From an uncultured virus (IMG/VR IMGVR_UViG_3300027963_000064) (taxonomy: Duplodnaviria; Heunggongvirae; Uroviricota; Caudoviricetes): a stretch of DNA of 64,000 nucleotides. The translations under genes and the position numbers were made by a program. Below, piece by piece: positions 48,922 through 58,796 of this stretch (position 1 is the stretch's first letter; every line of letters starts with the position of its first letter). A model generated the notes under the pieces. It worked only from the letters and a program-made list of their open reading frames with translations, was not told the origin of the DNA and ran no database searches. The stretch lies in IMG/VR virus record IMGVR_UViG_3300027963_000064. One strand, 5' to 3'.

Positions 48922-49409
48922 GTGAAATTTTAAGATCACCAACGACGGGTAAGGCTATTTATCTCACCCCAAGAAGCGGCTCTCACTCGCTAGCACTTTC
49001 GGCTATGCAGACGTTTTGGCCGGATATTGTTGTTGAAAATGACCATCCTTCAACGCAGTTTGGCGTAGAGGAATGGTGGGACGGCACTAATGTGGATGTT
49101 GCACTTGTTGTCCGCAATCCCGTGGAACGTTTTCGTTCTATGTGCGCACATCGACCGCAAAGGACTCTTGAGCAACATCTTGATCAACCCGTATACGGAA
49201 CTTTGCCAAGCGGAAATTTTGTTCGATATTTCCGTTTTGAAGATCAACTCAACGAAGCTGCCGAATGGCTTGGCCTTCCTACCCCTTTACCGCAAGAAGA
49301 TGCTACCGATCCCGCATCAAAACCCAACCTAACTCCAGAACAAGAAGCTATTGTCAAGAAAATTTATGCTTATGATATTGCCCTTTGGGAAAGTTTACAA
49401 CAACAATGA
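48918..49409 (+). CDS. Sulfotransferase-like protein
   Basis: TPRSGSHS, VVRNPVERFRS, FRFED, IYAYDIALW. Confidence 0.6.
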   Translation: MSEILRSPTTGKAIYLTPRSGSHSLALSAMQTFWPDIVVENDHPSTQFGVEEWWDGTNVDVALVVRNPVERFRSMCAHRPQRTLEQHLDQPVYGTLPSGNFVRYFRFEDQLNEAAEWLGLPTPLPQEDATDPASKPNLTPEQEAIVKKIYAYDIALWESLQQQ

Positions 49410-49424
49410 TAAAAAGGAAAACCT

Positions 49425-49889
49425 ATGAGTGCTGAAATTAAAAACCCAAATAGTGTGACATATTGGATTATTACAGATGGAATCGGTTACGCTGAAGGGC
49501 TAACTGGACCAGAACAAACCACAACTGTTGGAAATGGATGGAGAATACACTGGGTAGGAAGCGATCACAGCGAGTACGTGAATGAGTGTAACAAAGTTAA
49601 CTTACTACCAAGAGATATTGATGGCACAGCTTCGGTTTTAACTCAACCTTTTAGGGTTTCAGCCAGACAAATTAGATTATGGCTAGTTCAACACGGAATT
49701 GCTCTTACTCAAATAGATGATGCCATAAATAGTATAACAGATCCAAATACAAGAGAAGCTGTCAAAATAGAATGGGAATTTGCCCCCTATGTTGAAAAAA
49801 GTCACCCGTGGCTAATTCCACTGGCAGAATCTTTGGGCTTAACTTTGGAACAAATAGACCAAGCTTTTACAGAAGCGTATTCCATATAA
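49425..49889 (+). CDS. Fibre assembly/chaperone-like protein
   Basis: VSARQIRLWL...IEWEFA...LGLT.EQID..F motif. Confidence 0.6.
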   Translation: MSAEIKNPNSVTYWIITDGIGYAEGLTGPEQTTTVGNGWRIHWVGSDHSEYVNECNKVNLLPRDIDGTASVLTQPFRVSARQIRLWLVQHGIALTQIDDAINSITDPNTREAVKIEWEFAPYVEKSHPWLIPLAESLGLTLEQIDQAFTEAYSI

Positions 49890-50155
49890 TGGTGTATAAC
49901 TAATTAGAGATTATAGGGCAAAATATGTTTATTTTCAGCCTACTTCCTTTCAGCACTTCTGATATTATATATCACAACGGCGAGGTTTTTGAGTTAGTTT
50001 TAAACATCAATAGAAGTGAAAACGTTCTATCTTCAGTGTCTAGCCATGTAGAAATGGTACTTAATATCGAAAAAAACCAAATGGTAACACTATGAACATT
50101 GTAGAATGCACATTATCTATCCTAAAATTAATACCCATTACGTTTAAGAGATAAA

Positions 50156-50461
50156 ATGTCTAGCGAAATACATGTAGATGACGTTGGAACCAGATTTTTA
50201 GCCACTATTAAAGATAGCGGTGAGGTTGTTAATATTGCTAACGCCTCAGTATTATCCATGATATTCAAAAAACCCAACGATACAGTTATTTACAGATCTG
50301 GCACTTTATTTACAAATGGCGTTGATGGCAAAGTGTATTATGACACAATTGCTGGCGACCTTGATGAACCGGGGTTGTACAAATTACAGGGCAGGGTTGC
50401 CCTACCAAGTGGTACATATTACACAGATATCTACACCTTCCAAGTATCCTGTAACCTATAA
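50156..50461 (+). CDS. BppU N-terminal-like virion protein
   Basis: FKKP...DGKVYY...GDLD.PG.Y.LQ.RV. Confidence 0.6.
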   Translation: MSSEIHVDDVGTRFLATIKDSGEVVNIANASVLSMIFKKPNDTVIYRSGTLFTNGVDGKVYYDTIAGDLDEPGLYKLQGRVALPSGTYYTDIYTFQVSCNL

Positions 50462-50472
50462 AAGAGAAAACT

Positions 50473-50994
50473 ATGTCGTGGCAAGGTCAAATATCAACGA
50501 TGGTAAGGTATCTGGTTAATGATATAGAGCCAGCAAACTATAAATACAGCCCCAAACGCATAGAAACAACCATTCTTGTTTCAGCGCAATTGGTGATGCT
50601 TGACACCGACTTTAGTAATATATACTCAATTAACGTAGAGCAATGCTCTTTATCTCCAGATCCAACGGACGCAGAGACAAAAGATGACGCATTCATGACT
50701 CTTGTTACATTAAAATCAGCATGTATTATTATTGGCAGCGAAGTGAGAACAGAGTCTGGAAATGCTATTTCTATTAAAGACGGACCATCTGCAATAGATT
50801 TACGTGGCGTATCTAGCACACTATTAGCGTTATACAAAGACTTGAACGATAAATATAGTCAAGCCTTGATGAATTATCGCGCTGGAAACAGTATAGCTGG
50901 CAAGGCAATTCTTGGTCCATATAGCCCAGCAAGCGACTTTGTTACCAGAAATTACAGCGATAGTGATCTTAGGGGTGGATATTTTAGATATTAA
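50473..50994 (+). CDS. Head-tail connector/adaptor-like protein
   Basis: VRYLVND...YS...I start and position. Confidence 0.5.
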   Translation: MSWQGQISTMVRYLVNDIEPANYKYSPKRIETTILVSAQLVMLDTDFSNIYSINVEQCSLSPDPTDAETKDDAFMTLVTLKSACIIIGSEVRTESGNAISIKDGPSAIDLRGVSSTLLALYKDLNDKYSQALMNYRAGNSIAGKAILGPYSPASDFVTRNYSDSDLRGGYFRY

Positions 50995-51005
50995 AGGAGA
51001 AGAAA

Positions 51006-51959
51006 ATGACCGTTTTAAATGATCAGATTATCAAGACAAATATTCAGACAGACCTAGCAGACAACAATGCTGGCCTTATTTCTGCCAGAGATGTTAGGCA
51101 GAATATGGTAGATATTATTGAGTCTTTAAAGTACATTGTTGCAAGCGGTGATTTCGACGCTACACACCCCTTCGCAAAAGATGTTAGAGTAAAGATTAAT
51201 GATTCCGATCCAGCCAATGTTGAGGGCGGCACTCTCATTGTTGAGTCCGGTATTCAGTTTGCTAATGTTATTGGCAATAATGGTATTCAAGTTGAGCCTT
51301 ACCCCGGCTCTACCGGTATTGTGCATAATGGTTTAGCTGGTCTGACGCTGGGCGATCCACATACTCAATACCTCAACCTTATTGGTACTAGGAATATGGA
51401 CGCAAACCTAGGAATGGGTGGCCCAAACCATTGGATCAATGCCAGCGGCGTATCAATGACCAATAGGATGCATGGTATTTCTTTCCAATATGTAGATGCT
51501 GATGAAGAAATTATGCATGTTGGTAGTGGCACAACTGTAAAGTTTGATGTTGATAACAGCATGATGCCAACAGCCAAGGGATCGGCACAAGCTTGGATTA
51601 GATTTAATGGTTCAGGTAATATGGAAGTGTTATCTTCATATAATATTACAAAACTACAACGCCCCCTTGGTCCAACAAGTCCCGGCAAGTTCAAGATTTT
51701 CTTTAAGCCCAATACCTTTGCTGATGGTAATTATGTTGCAGTTGCCACAAGTAACGCTAGAAGCGATAATGATAGTGGCGAAGATTTTTCTAACAATACC
51801 GTTGGTATTGTAGAGCGAGATAAAGATTATATTACATTCCAAGTTCTTAATGCTGCTGGATCATTCGTTGACGCCGCAGTAAATGACCTTGTAATATTTG
51901 GCAACGCTAGTGGTGTAACACCTTCGACGGGCGTAACTATCGAAAATAACCCATCATAG
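51006..51959 (+). CDS. Virion fibre-like protein
   Basis: N-terminus paralogous to ORF 35600; DPHTQY and AQAWIRFNG...SYNI motifs. Confidence 0.6.
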   Translation: MTVLNDQIIKTNIQTDLADNNAGLISARDVRQNMVDIIESLKYIVASGDFDATHPFAKDVRVKINDSDPANVEGGTLIVESGIQFANVIGNNGIQVEPYPGSTGIVHNGLAGLTLGDPHTQYLNLIGTRNMDANLGMGGPNHWINASGVSMTNRMHGISFQYVDADEEIMHVGSGTTVKFDVDNSMMPTAKGSAQAWIRFNGSGNMEVLSSYNITKLQRPLGPTSPGKFKIFFKPNTFADGNYVAVATSNARSDNDSGEDFSNNTVGIVERDKDYITFQVLNAAGSFVDAAVNDLVIFGNASGVTPSTGVTIENNPS

Positions 51960-51971
51960 TGGAGATAACAA

Positions 51972-53339
51972 GTGCCTAATCAAAACCTAGTTAATTTATA
52001 TGATCGCATTAAAGAAGTAAGCTACACTGTAGGCACTGGCAATCTTGGTTTAGCTGGAGCCGCTGTTGGTTTTAGTTCTTTTGCGTCAGTATATAGCCAT
52101 AATTCTCCAATAATTTATGCTGTTACAGATGGTACAAATTATGAGATAGGTTCTGGCGTTTTACTAAGAGCCGACTACGATAATGGGGATGGAATTACAT
52201 ATGACACGCTATCTAATAGAACCCCTATAAGAAGCAGCAATGGTAATGGTCTAGTAAGTTTTCCTCCCGGCACCAAAGAGGTATACGTTACATATCCAGC
52301 AACTCACGCTGTTATTATGGGTTCTGGTTTAGGTAATCTACAAGTTCCACAACGCAAAGGTTTGGCAGTTTGGGATTCAGAAAACATTCTTAATTATGAC
52401 CCAAACATTATCTGGGATGCCGACTTTAAATCTTTAGGCTTGCAAAGAACTGCTCCTACTTATGGCATTGATATTGGTGGAGATGGCGGTGTTAGTTCTG
52501 CTATTCGTGCTTCTGGATATTATGTTGGTTCGACCGGAGTATATTTTCAAGCTCAAAACGGAAATGAGTCAAGCTATCCCGGCGGCACTCAATTTCAACA
52601 CTTTGAAAAGAATAGGCTTGATGCATATGCTCTCTCTCAAAGTCTTATAGGCCAATTAACTGGTAGCGATGCAGTTCTAGAACTTAGTGGTGTTGTAAAC
52701 CAGTACATTCTGCTTAAAAAGCAAAATGCTGGTAATGTTTTTGCTGGACCTCCAGCATCATGCACACCACCGTGCCAACCGGGATATCCAAGTTTTAGAA
52801 CCTTGGTCTTAGAAGATATTCCAGACTTAACTAGTATATATGCAACATTTACACAACTTACCGGAGCTTCTGGAGCTTTAAACACCAGTTTGTCAAATCA
52901 AATTATTGCAGTTTCTGGCGCACTACAAGAGCAACACAATAGTGGAATTGTTATACTTAATGAATCAATTGCTAGTGGCGAAAGTAGATTTGATGACTAT
53001 GTTATAGCTGCTAGTGGTAGGTTAGATGATTTTATCATTACAACGTCTGGAGATATTAACAATATTACTCCAATTTACAAAGTAGTAAATAAAACTATAC
53101 CAGTTATTTCTGCAAATACCACCTATGAAACATCTTTCAATGTTTCTGGAATTATAGCTGGTCAGCCATACGCTGTAAATGTAAGCCCAAGTACTAAGCT
53201 TAATGGAAACGTACTATTAACTTATTCATTCCCAAGTGGAACTGATACTGTTTCATCTGTATTTTATAACTGCGGAAGTTCTTCTTCAACGAGCCAAAAT
53301 CTAGATTTCTACATCACAGCGCACAAAGTAATAGTATAA
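51972..53339 (+). CDS. Virion fibre-like protein
   Basis: N-terminus paralogous to ORF 44123; VFAGP...PSFR.LV..DIP motif. Confidence 0.6.
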   Translation: MPNQNLVNLYDRIKEVSYTVGTGNLGLAGAAVGFSSFASVYSHNSPIIYAVTDGTNYEIGSGVLLRADYDNGDGITYDTLSNRTPIRSSNGNGLVSFPPGTKEVYVTYPATHAVIMGSGLGNLQVPQRKGLAVWDSENILNYDPNIIWDADFKSLGLQRTAPTYGIDIGGDGGVSSAIRASGYYVGSTGVYFQAQNGNESSYPGGTQFQHFEKNRLDAYALSQSLIGQLTGSDAVLELSGVVNQYILLKKQNAGNVFAGPPASCTPPCQPGYPSFRTLVLEDIPDLTSIYATFTQLTGASGALNTSLSNQIIAVSGALQEQHNSGIVILNESIASGESRFDDYVIAASGRLDDFIITTSGDINNITPIYKVVNKTIPVISANTTYETSFNVSGIIAGQPYAVNVSPSTKLNGNVLLTYSFPSGTDTVSSVFYNCGSSSSTSQNLDFYITAHKVIV

Positions 53340-53824
53340 TGGGTTTAAATATCTCTCAATCTGTGTTTGATAAATACTATGAGTTAATTGACTCAACGTT
53401 TGATATTTTCGGAGTTACATGTCAGTTAGTATCTATCAATAAAATTGAAGAAATAGTCTACAATCCAAACAATAACGCACCTAATAAAAATTCACTTAAT
53501 GCTCATAGAACTGGTGGAAACTCAGTGTATGATGTTGGTCACAAAACCTTCAAAGAGGTTGAGACTTTAACTGATATTCAATTAAAAGTGTACTGGGATT
53601 CTAGGCAGTGGATTAATGTCACTAGCGATATTAAAATACCTGACGGTTCTATTCAAACAATTGGTCTTATGACAGATTTACCATCTGTATTAAAAGCTAA
53701 ACAGTTGATAGCTCACAATGGAATTAAAGACTACAAAGTAATAAGGTTTGAAAGAATTGGTGAATTTATTCCAATAGGCATCAAACAAGATCGATATTTT
53801 GCTTGTTTTTGGAAAAGAGTATGA
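53339..53824 (+). CDS. Head closure/neck protein (putative)
   Basis: Position and size. Confidence 0.45.
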   Translation: MGLNISQSVFDKYYELIDSTFDIFGVTCQLVSINKIEEIVYNPNNNAPNKNSLNAHRTGGNSVYDVGHKTFKEVETLTDIQLKVYWDSRQWINVTSDIKIPDGSIQTIGLMTDLPSVLKAKQLIAHNGIKDYKVIRFERIGEFIPIGIKQDRYFACFWKRV

Positions 53825-54456
53825 TAAGCCTAAAGCTATTAGACTCTATAGATGTCATAGAAAAAAAAGTAAATGAGGCTATTGCAGATTTAGCAAACAA
53901 AGAGATAGGTAATAAAAGAACAGAAATTTTACAAAAGTGCCAAGCACTTATAAATGGATGGATTTTATCACAACCAGAAATAATTTCACTAAATAGTTCA
54001 TCTCCAGATTCTTTGGCTGGACAATTTGGTTTGCTTCCCGGTCAAGCTATGTCTGTGACTAGTAGCGTTATCAACGCAGTAAAAGATTCTATCACAGTTA
54101 AAATAACCAAATTTAACAACAAACTTCAGGGCGGTATTACAGTAGAATTTCAACCAGCAAATTTTCTTAATATACTAAATATACCACAGGGTCACACATC
54201 TATTAGCGGTGGCGATTTACATTGGATGGATTGGTTACTAAAACGCGGCGACAACATAATCATTGTGAATTATCAATATGATCCCAAATCTGGATTTGGC
54301 CGATCTGGTTTAGGACATATGATTAGCGGTGGAGCTTTTAGAGTACCACCGCAATTTTCAGGCATAGATACAAACAATTTCATAACGCGAGCATTAGTTG
54401 GAGCGGCCCAAGAGTCAGAAATAGCTGCCATATTTAGAAGTGTTCTAGGTGCATAA
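53821..54456 (+). CDS. Neck/tail completion protein (putative)
   Basis: Position; LHWMDWLL, FSG...NNFITRA motifs. Confidence 0.45.
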   Translation: MISLKLLDSIDVIEKKVNEAIADLANKEIGNKRTEILQKCQALINGWILSQPEIISLNSSSPDSLAGQFGLLPGQAMSVTSSVINAVKDSITVKITKFNNKLQGGITVEFQPANFLNILNIPQGHTSISGGDLHWMDWLLKRGDNIIIVNYQYDPKSGFGRSGLGHMISGGAFRVPPQFSGIDTNNFITRALVGAAQESEIAAIFRSVLGA

Positions 54457-55430
54457 TGTCAGACTATCTTAATATAGACGGTATTAACAGCATTTTCGAC
54501 ACAACTCTAAATAATGAGTTGCAAGATAATATTGTTGAATTTTTTGATTGGGCGTTGCTACAAAGGGGCAATTATTTCAACGTTACTCTTAATGAGATAT
54601 CTTCTGACAACCTAGACTATAGTGTTTTAAGAAAATCTGGTAACAACAATTTTACTGACGGTATTGCATGGGAAGGCTTTAGAAAGAATTGGGTATGGCA
54701 AAGTGGTGTAACTTATGATCCAGCCCCACTTGTGGATTCTAATCCAGCATATCCCGGCATTTCTGGAATTTACATAAATGACACTTTTTATCCAGCTAAT
54801 ACTACCGGTCAATATTCATATAAAGTAGACTATTATAATGGCAGGGTGGTCTTTGATAATCCAATACCAACAGGCAGCAAGGTTCAAGCTGAATATAGCT
54901 ACAAATATATTAACATTATTTACGCTAACAATCTACCTTGGTTAAGAGAAATACAGTACAGAACTCTTGAGCCAAATCAAAGCTTCATCAATATAAATAA
55001 GGGCGAATTTGATCTTCCAGCAGAAATGAGGGTTCAGCTTCCAGCTATAGCTGTAGAGGTTGTGCCAAGGCGAACTATGCGTGGATTTCAACTGGGCGGT
55101 GGTCAGTGGGTTTCCACGGATGTTTTATTTCACTGCATAGCTGAAGATGAAATTACACGAAATAAGCTTGTTGATATTGTGTCATTTCAGAATGATAAAA
55201 CAATATACATGTTCGATAGCAATCGTATTGCTAATAGTGGAGATATGCCCCTAGATTACAGGGGTTTTCCAGTTTCTGGAGCCTTGAGATACCCAGATTT
55301 AATCGAAAAATACCCTTCTAAAAAGATGAGATTCCAGAATTCTACGGTACAAGGTATGGATATGATTAATACCAATTTTTACGCTGGTATAGTCAGAACC
55401 ACCACTGAAGTAATTCAAGCTAATATCTAA
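54456..55430 (+). CDS. Tail terminator/completion protein (putative)
   Basis: QLPAIAVE motif; directly upstream of the tail tube gene. Confidence 0.5.
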   Translation: MSDYLNIDGINSIFDTTLNNELQDNIVEFFDWALLQRGNYFNVTLNEISSDNLDYSVLRKSGNNNFTDGIAWEGFRKNWVWQSGVTYDPAPLVDSNPAYPGISGIYINDTFYPANTTGQYSYKVDYYNGRVVFDNPIPTGSKVQAEYSYKYINIIYANNLPWLREIQYRTLEPNQSFININKGEFDLPAEMRVQLPAIAVEVVPRRTMRGFQLGGGQWVSTDVLFHCIAEDEITRNKLVDIVSFQNDKTIYMFDSNRIANSGDMPLDYRGFPVSGALRYPDLIEKYPSKKMRFQNSTVQGMDMINTNFYAGIVRTTTEVIQANI

Positions 55431-55482
55431 TTTTTGTGTATAAATAACTAGAGTTTTATAGAACTTTCATAGGAGAGACATA

Positions 55483-56448
55483 ATGGCAAATGATCGTACA
55501 TTTTATGCTTGTCAAGCTGTAGCAGTAGCTATTCAAGAGCCACAAAACGATGGCACATATCTAGAACCAACAAACTATACATTTCTTCATGGCGTACAAA
55601 GCGTCGGTTTAAATACCAGCTTTGATTTCGACAACATTTTTGAACTAGGTCAACTTGAGATTTATGATAGCGTTCTAAAGATTCCTCAAATTGAGATTAC
55701 TTTAGAAAAAGTATTAGACAATTATCCTACAATTTATTCTTTAGCTGGCAAAAATCAAGATTTGCTTCTAGATAGCAAAAATAGAGTTTGTGTTAAATTT
55801 GCTATTTATAGTGATACTAAAAATGCCGGTGTTGAACCCCCACTAATGACAGTCACATGTACTGGCATGTATGTAAATAATGTATCATATAAGTTCCCAG
55901 TTGAAGGACAATTAACAGAATCTGTTACCTTGATCGGTAATCATAAAAATTGGAGTAATGAAACTATTGATGATATTCCCCAAGAAATTAAGGATGAAAA
56001 CCCAAGTACAGTAGATGAACCCGCCGATGGATATGTTTTAACTCGCAAAGACGTTACTGGCATGACCTTGCCTCATGGAACAACCAAAGTTCAATCTATA
56101 ACAATGGGCGTGGATTTAGGTCGTGAAGACTTGTTACAACTTGGTCAAAAAGTTCCATACGCTCGCGTTCCAAACTATCCAGTAGAAGTTACAGCAGAAG
56201 TAGAATATCTTGTTGACGAAGATAACATGGAACAGGTTAACTTTGATCAAAATACAACTGAGCTTCCAGAGCAAGACGTTGCGCTTTCTGTAAGTGCTGG
56301 TAGTTACACGGTAGACTTGGGTAGTAAGTGTTTTCTCAAATCTGTTACATATGGTGGCGGCGATGCTGGCGGTGGTAATGCCACCGTCAAGTATAGCTAC
56401 TCAACATATAACACATTTAACGTAAGTGGTCCGCAAAACACTCCATAA
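55483..56448 (+). CDS. Major tail (tube) protein
   Basis: HGVQSVG...ELGQLEIY; acidic and beta-rich; late promoter motif and AGGAG RBS. Confidence 0.65.
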   Translation: MANDRTFYACQAVAVAIQEPQNDGTYLEPTNYTFLHGVQSVGLNTSFDFDNIFELGQLEIYDSVLKIPQIEITLEKVLDNYPTIYSLAGKNQDLLLDSKNRVCVKFAIYSDTKNAGVEPPLMTVTCTGMYVNNVSYKFPVEGQLTESVTLIGNHKNWSNETIDDIPQEIKDENPSTVDEPADGYVLTRKDVTGMTLPHGTTKVQSITMGVDLGREDLLQLGQKVPYARVPNYPVEVTAEVEYLVDEDNMEQVNFDQNTTELPEQDVALSVSAGSYTVDLGSKCFLKSVTYGGGDAGGGNATVKYSYSTYNTFNVSGPQNTP

Positions 56449-56517
56449 TAGTTAATCTATAAAACTCTAGGACTCAAAAGGAAACAACAATAAAGACTCC
56501 CGCAATGAGGTTTTGTA

Positions 56518-57555
56518 ATGAAACAGCATGAGCGGGAGTTTTTTATTTCAACAATAAGATCTGGCAAGATATTTTTACAAGATGGTTTAGTTGTACACTC
56601 TCCCACAATTGACCAATTAGTACAGGCTTGTCAGAAATATAATGAAGCATACGAGCAAGCATTAAATGATGAATTAATGACAGAAGATGAAATGTCTTCT
56701 TGGATGAAAGAGCAGTATCTGTGGACAAGTTTTCACGAAAACAAGTTAGAGGAAATCAAAAAAAAAGTTGAAAATCTTAAAATCGATATTTATGAAGCTA
56801 GACAAGACCCAAAACTAGCTAAAAGAATTAGATCTTCTATCAGAGAAACTGAAGATATTCTTTCAGAACAGTTGTTACAAAAAAACTATAACTATCAAAA
56901 TACATGCGAGGGGTTTGCTTCCAGCGAAAAAACATCTTGGCTCATACAAAATCTAACATTTAAAAACAATCAACCCTATGACTTCTCTGATACAACTTTA
57001 CAAACAGTTATTGAACAATGGTATATGTCTTTTTTGTCAGATAGCAAATGTAGAGATTTGGCACGAAATGAACCTTGGAAGTCGTTATGGATTATTAGAG
57101 AAAAATCTCAGTTACAACTATTTGCAAACGCTGGCATCACGGAGCTTAATCACAATCAGAAAAATCTAATAGTTTGGTCGCAGATGTATGATAACATACA
57201 GGAGTCACTAGACTGTCCGAGCAAAGAAGTTATAGAAGATGATGATATGTTAGATGGTTGGTTTATAGTGCAAAATAGAAAACGCGAGAAAGAAAAACTA
57301 GAAAAGGACTTTGAAAATTCTACTAAAAATGACAAAATAAAGGGCGCATCTGAAGTATTCATAATTGCTAAGAATCCAGAAAAAGCGAAAAATATTCAAA
57401 ATATGAATACTAATACAGCGCAAGCCATTATTAATCAACGAAATAAAACTATAGAAACCAAAGGTAGCGTTGGGCAGGAAGAATTTTACGATGAAAAAAT
57501 AAAACTACATACGCAAAAGATGGAAATGGCCTCAAAACAAGCTAAATCAAAGTAA
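56518..57555 (+). CDS. Hypothetical protein (tail assembly region)
   Basis: Between tail tube and TMP; YDNIQES..CP...IEDDD.LDGW. Confidence 0.6.
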   Translation: MKQHEREFFISTIRSGKIFLQDGLVVHSPTIDQLVQACQKYNEAYEQALNDELMTEDEMSSWMKEQYLWTSFHENKLEEIKKKVENLKIDIYEARQDPKLAKRIRSSIRETEDILSEQLLQKNYNYQNTCEGFASSEKTSWLIQNLTFKNNQPYDFSDTTLQTVIEQWYMSFLSDSKCRDLARNEPWKSLWIIREKSQLQLFANAGITELNHNQKNLIVWSQMYDNIQESLDCPSKEVIEDDDMLDGWFIVQNRKREKEKLEKDFENSTKNDKIKGASEVFIIAKNPEKAKNIQNMNTNTAQAIINQRNKTIETKGSVGQEEFYDEKIKLHTQKMEMASKQAKSK

Positions 57556-57564
57556 GGAGTTTAT

Positions 57565-57912
57565 ATGGACAACTTGAATAATAGATCAGATTACAAAAAG
57601 GCCAGAGAGGAAAGATACAAGCAAGAGTCAAAAGAAAGACTCTCCAAAATTCTTAAAAAGAAAATTCAAACTACTATGATTGGCGCTCTAAGTAGTATTG
57701 AAGACAATTTTAGTTTTTTGTGGGAAACTGTCGATGGTAAACTAACAAAAGATCAGCAAATTATTAAAGATGTTTTTCAAAAGGTGCGTTCAGAAATACT
57801 AGATAAGGGAAATAATCAAGCACGTAATATTGATGCAGAATTGGCCCAGTATGATGTAGAGTGGCTAAGATATTCGATTAAGATTCCAGTTATTCAACCA
57901 GAAAAGAAATAG
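57565..57912 (+). CDS. Hypothetical protein
   Basis: AAGGAG RBS. Confidence 0.65.
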   Translation: MDNLNNRSDYKKAREERYKQESKERLSKILKKKIQTTMIGALSSIEDNFSFLWETVDGKLTKDQQIIKDVFQKVRSEILDKGNNQARNIDAELAQYDVEWLRYSIKIPVIQPEKK

Positions 57913-57921
57913 GAGATTATT

Positions 57922-58752
57922 ATGTCAAAGGAAAAGGATAAAGCTATTGAAGTCAAGGTTAAAGACGGCGAAGGCGAAAAGACAGTCAAGATTGTTGTAA
58001 AAAGACCACAAAGCGCAGTAATGTCTCAAGCTCAAAGAGTTTCTGCCAAGGCTTGGACAGATTGCGTGAGAGATGGAATTATGACAAAAAAGGAACTATC
58101 CAAGTTCATGAAAGAACAGGGTATTTGGGACAAGGGCAAGGACGTAGAACAGGACAAGATTAGTGCAGAAATAATCGCCTTAGAAAAGCAGCTATATGTT
58201 GGCGAAAGCAAGAATGCCAAAGTAAAGGCTTCTGAAGCTAAAAATATAGCTATTGAAATGAGAAAGAAGCGAAATGAGCTAAGAGAGCTAATTGCTGAAA
58301 AAATGGCTCTTGAGCAAAATACCGCAGAAGCCATTTCTGACAATGCCAGATTTGAGTTTTTAGTTGCCAACTGTGCTTTCTATGAAAATGGCAATAAAGT
58401 GTATAATTCAGTAGACGAATACCTCGAAAAGTCAGACAGCGAAGTTGCATTTGCGGCAGCTACAGCCCTAGCTCAAATGATGTATTCTATCGACAAAGAC
58501 TTCGAAGCCAACCTTCCAGAAAACAAGTTTCTTAAACAGTACCATTTCGTTAATGACGATCTCTCCCTAGTTAACGAAAAGGGTGAAACGATTGATCTAG
58601 AAGGTCGCAGAATTAATAACCTAGGACAGTACATCAACGATGAGGGACAGCGAACTGATAAAGACGGAAACGTACTAGATGAGAATGGTAATTATGTGCC
58701 ATCTGTCGTGTATGTTGATGATAAAGGCAAGAAAGTGAATCCTGAAGGATAG
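57922..58752 (+). CDS. Tail assembly chaperone-like protein
   Basis: Directly upstream of the TMP; charged helical. Confidence 0.5.
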   Translation: MSKEKDKAIEVKVKDGEGEKTVKIVVKRPQSAVMSQAQRVSAKAWTDCVRDGIMTKKELSKFMKEQGIWDKGKDVEQDKISAEIIALEKQLYVGESKNAKVKASEAKNIAIEMRKKRNELRELIAEKMALEQNTAEAISDNARFEFLVANCAFYENGNKVYNSVDEYLEKSDSEVAFAAATALAQMMYSIDKDFEANLPENKFLKQYHFVNDDLSLVNEKGETIDLEGRRINNLGQYINDEGQRTDKDGNVLDENGNYVPSVVYVDDKGKKVNPEG

Positions 58753-58796
58753 TTTGTAGGAAGTGGATAGTGTGGTCTTTAACAGTATAGGGCGTT

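Noticed and set aside
34902..53339. Diversity-generating retroelement or invertible fibre cassette
   Set aside because: No reverse transcriptase, invertase or adenine-variant template/variable repeat pair seen.
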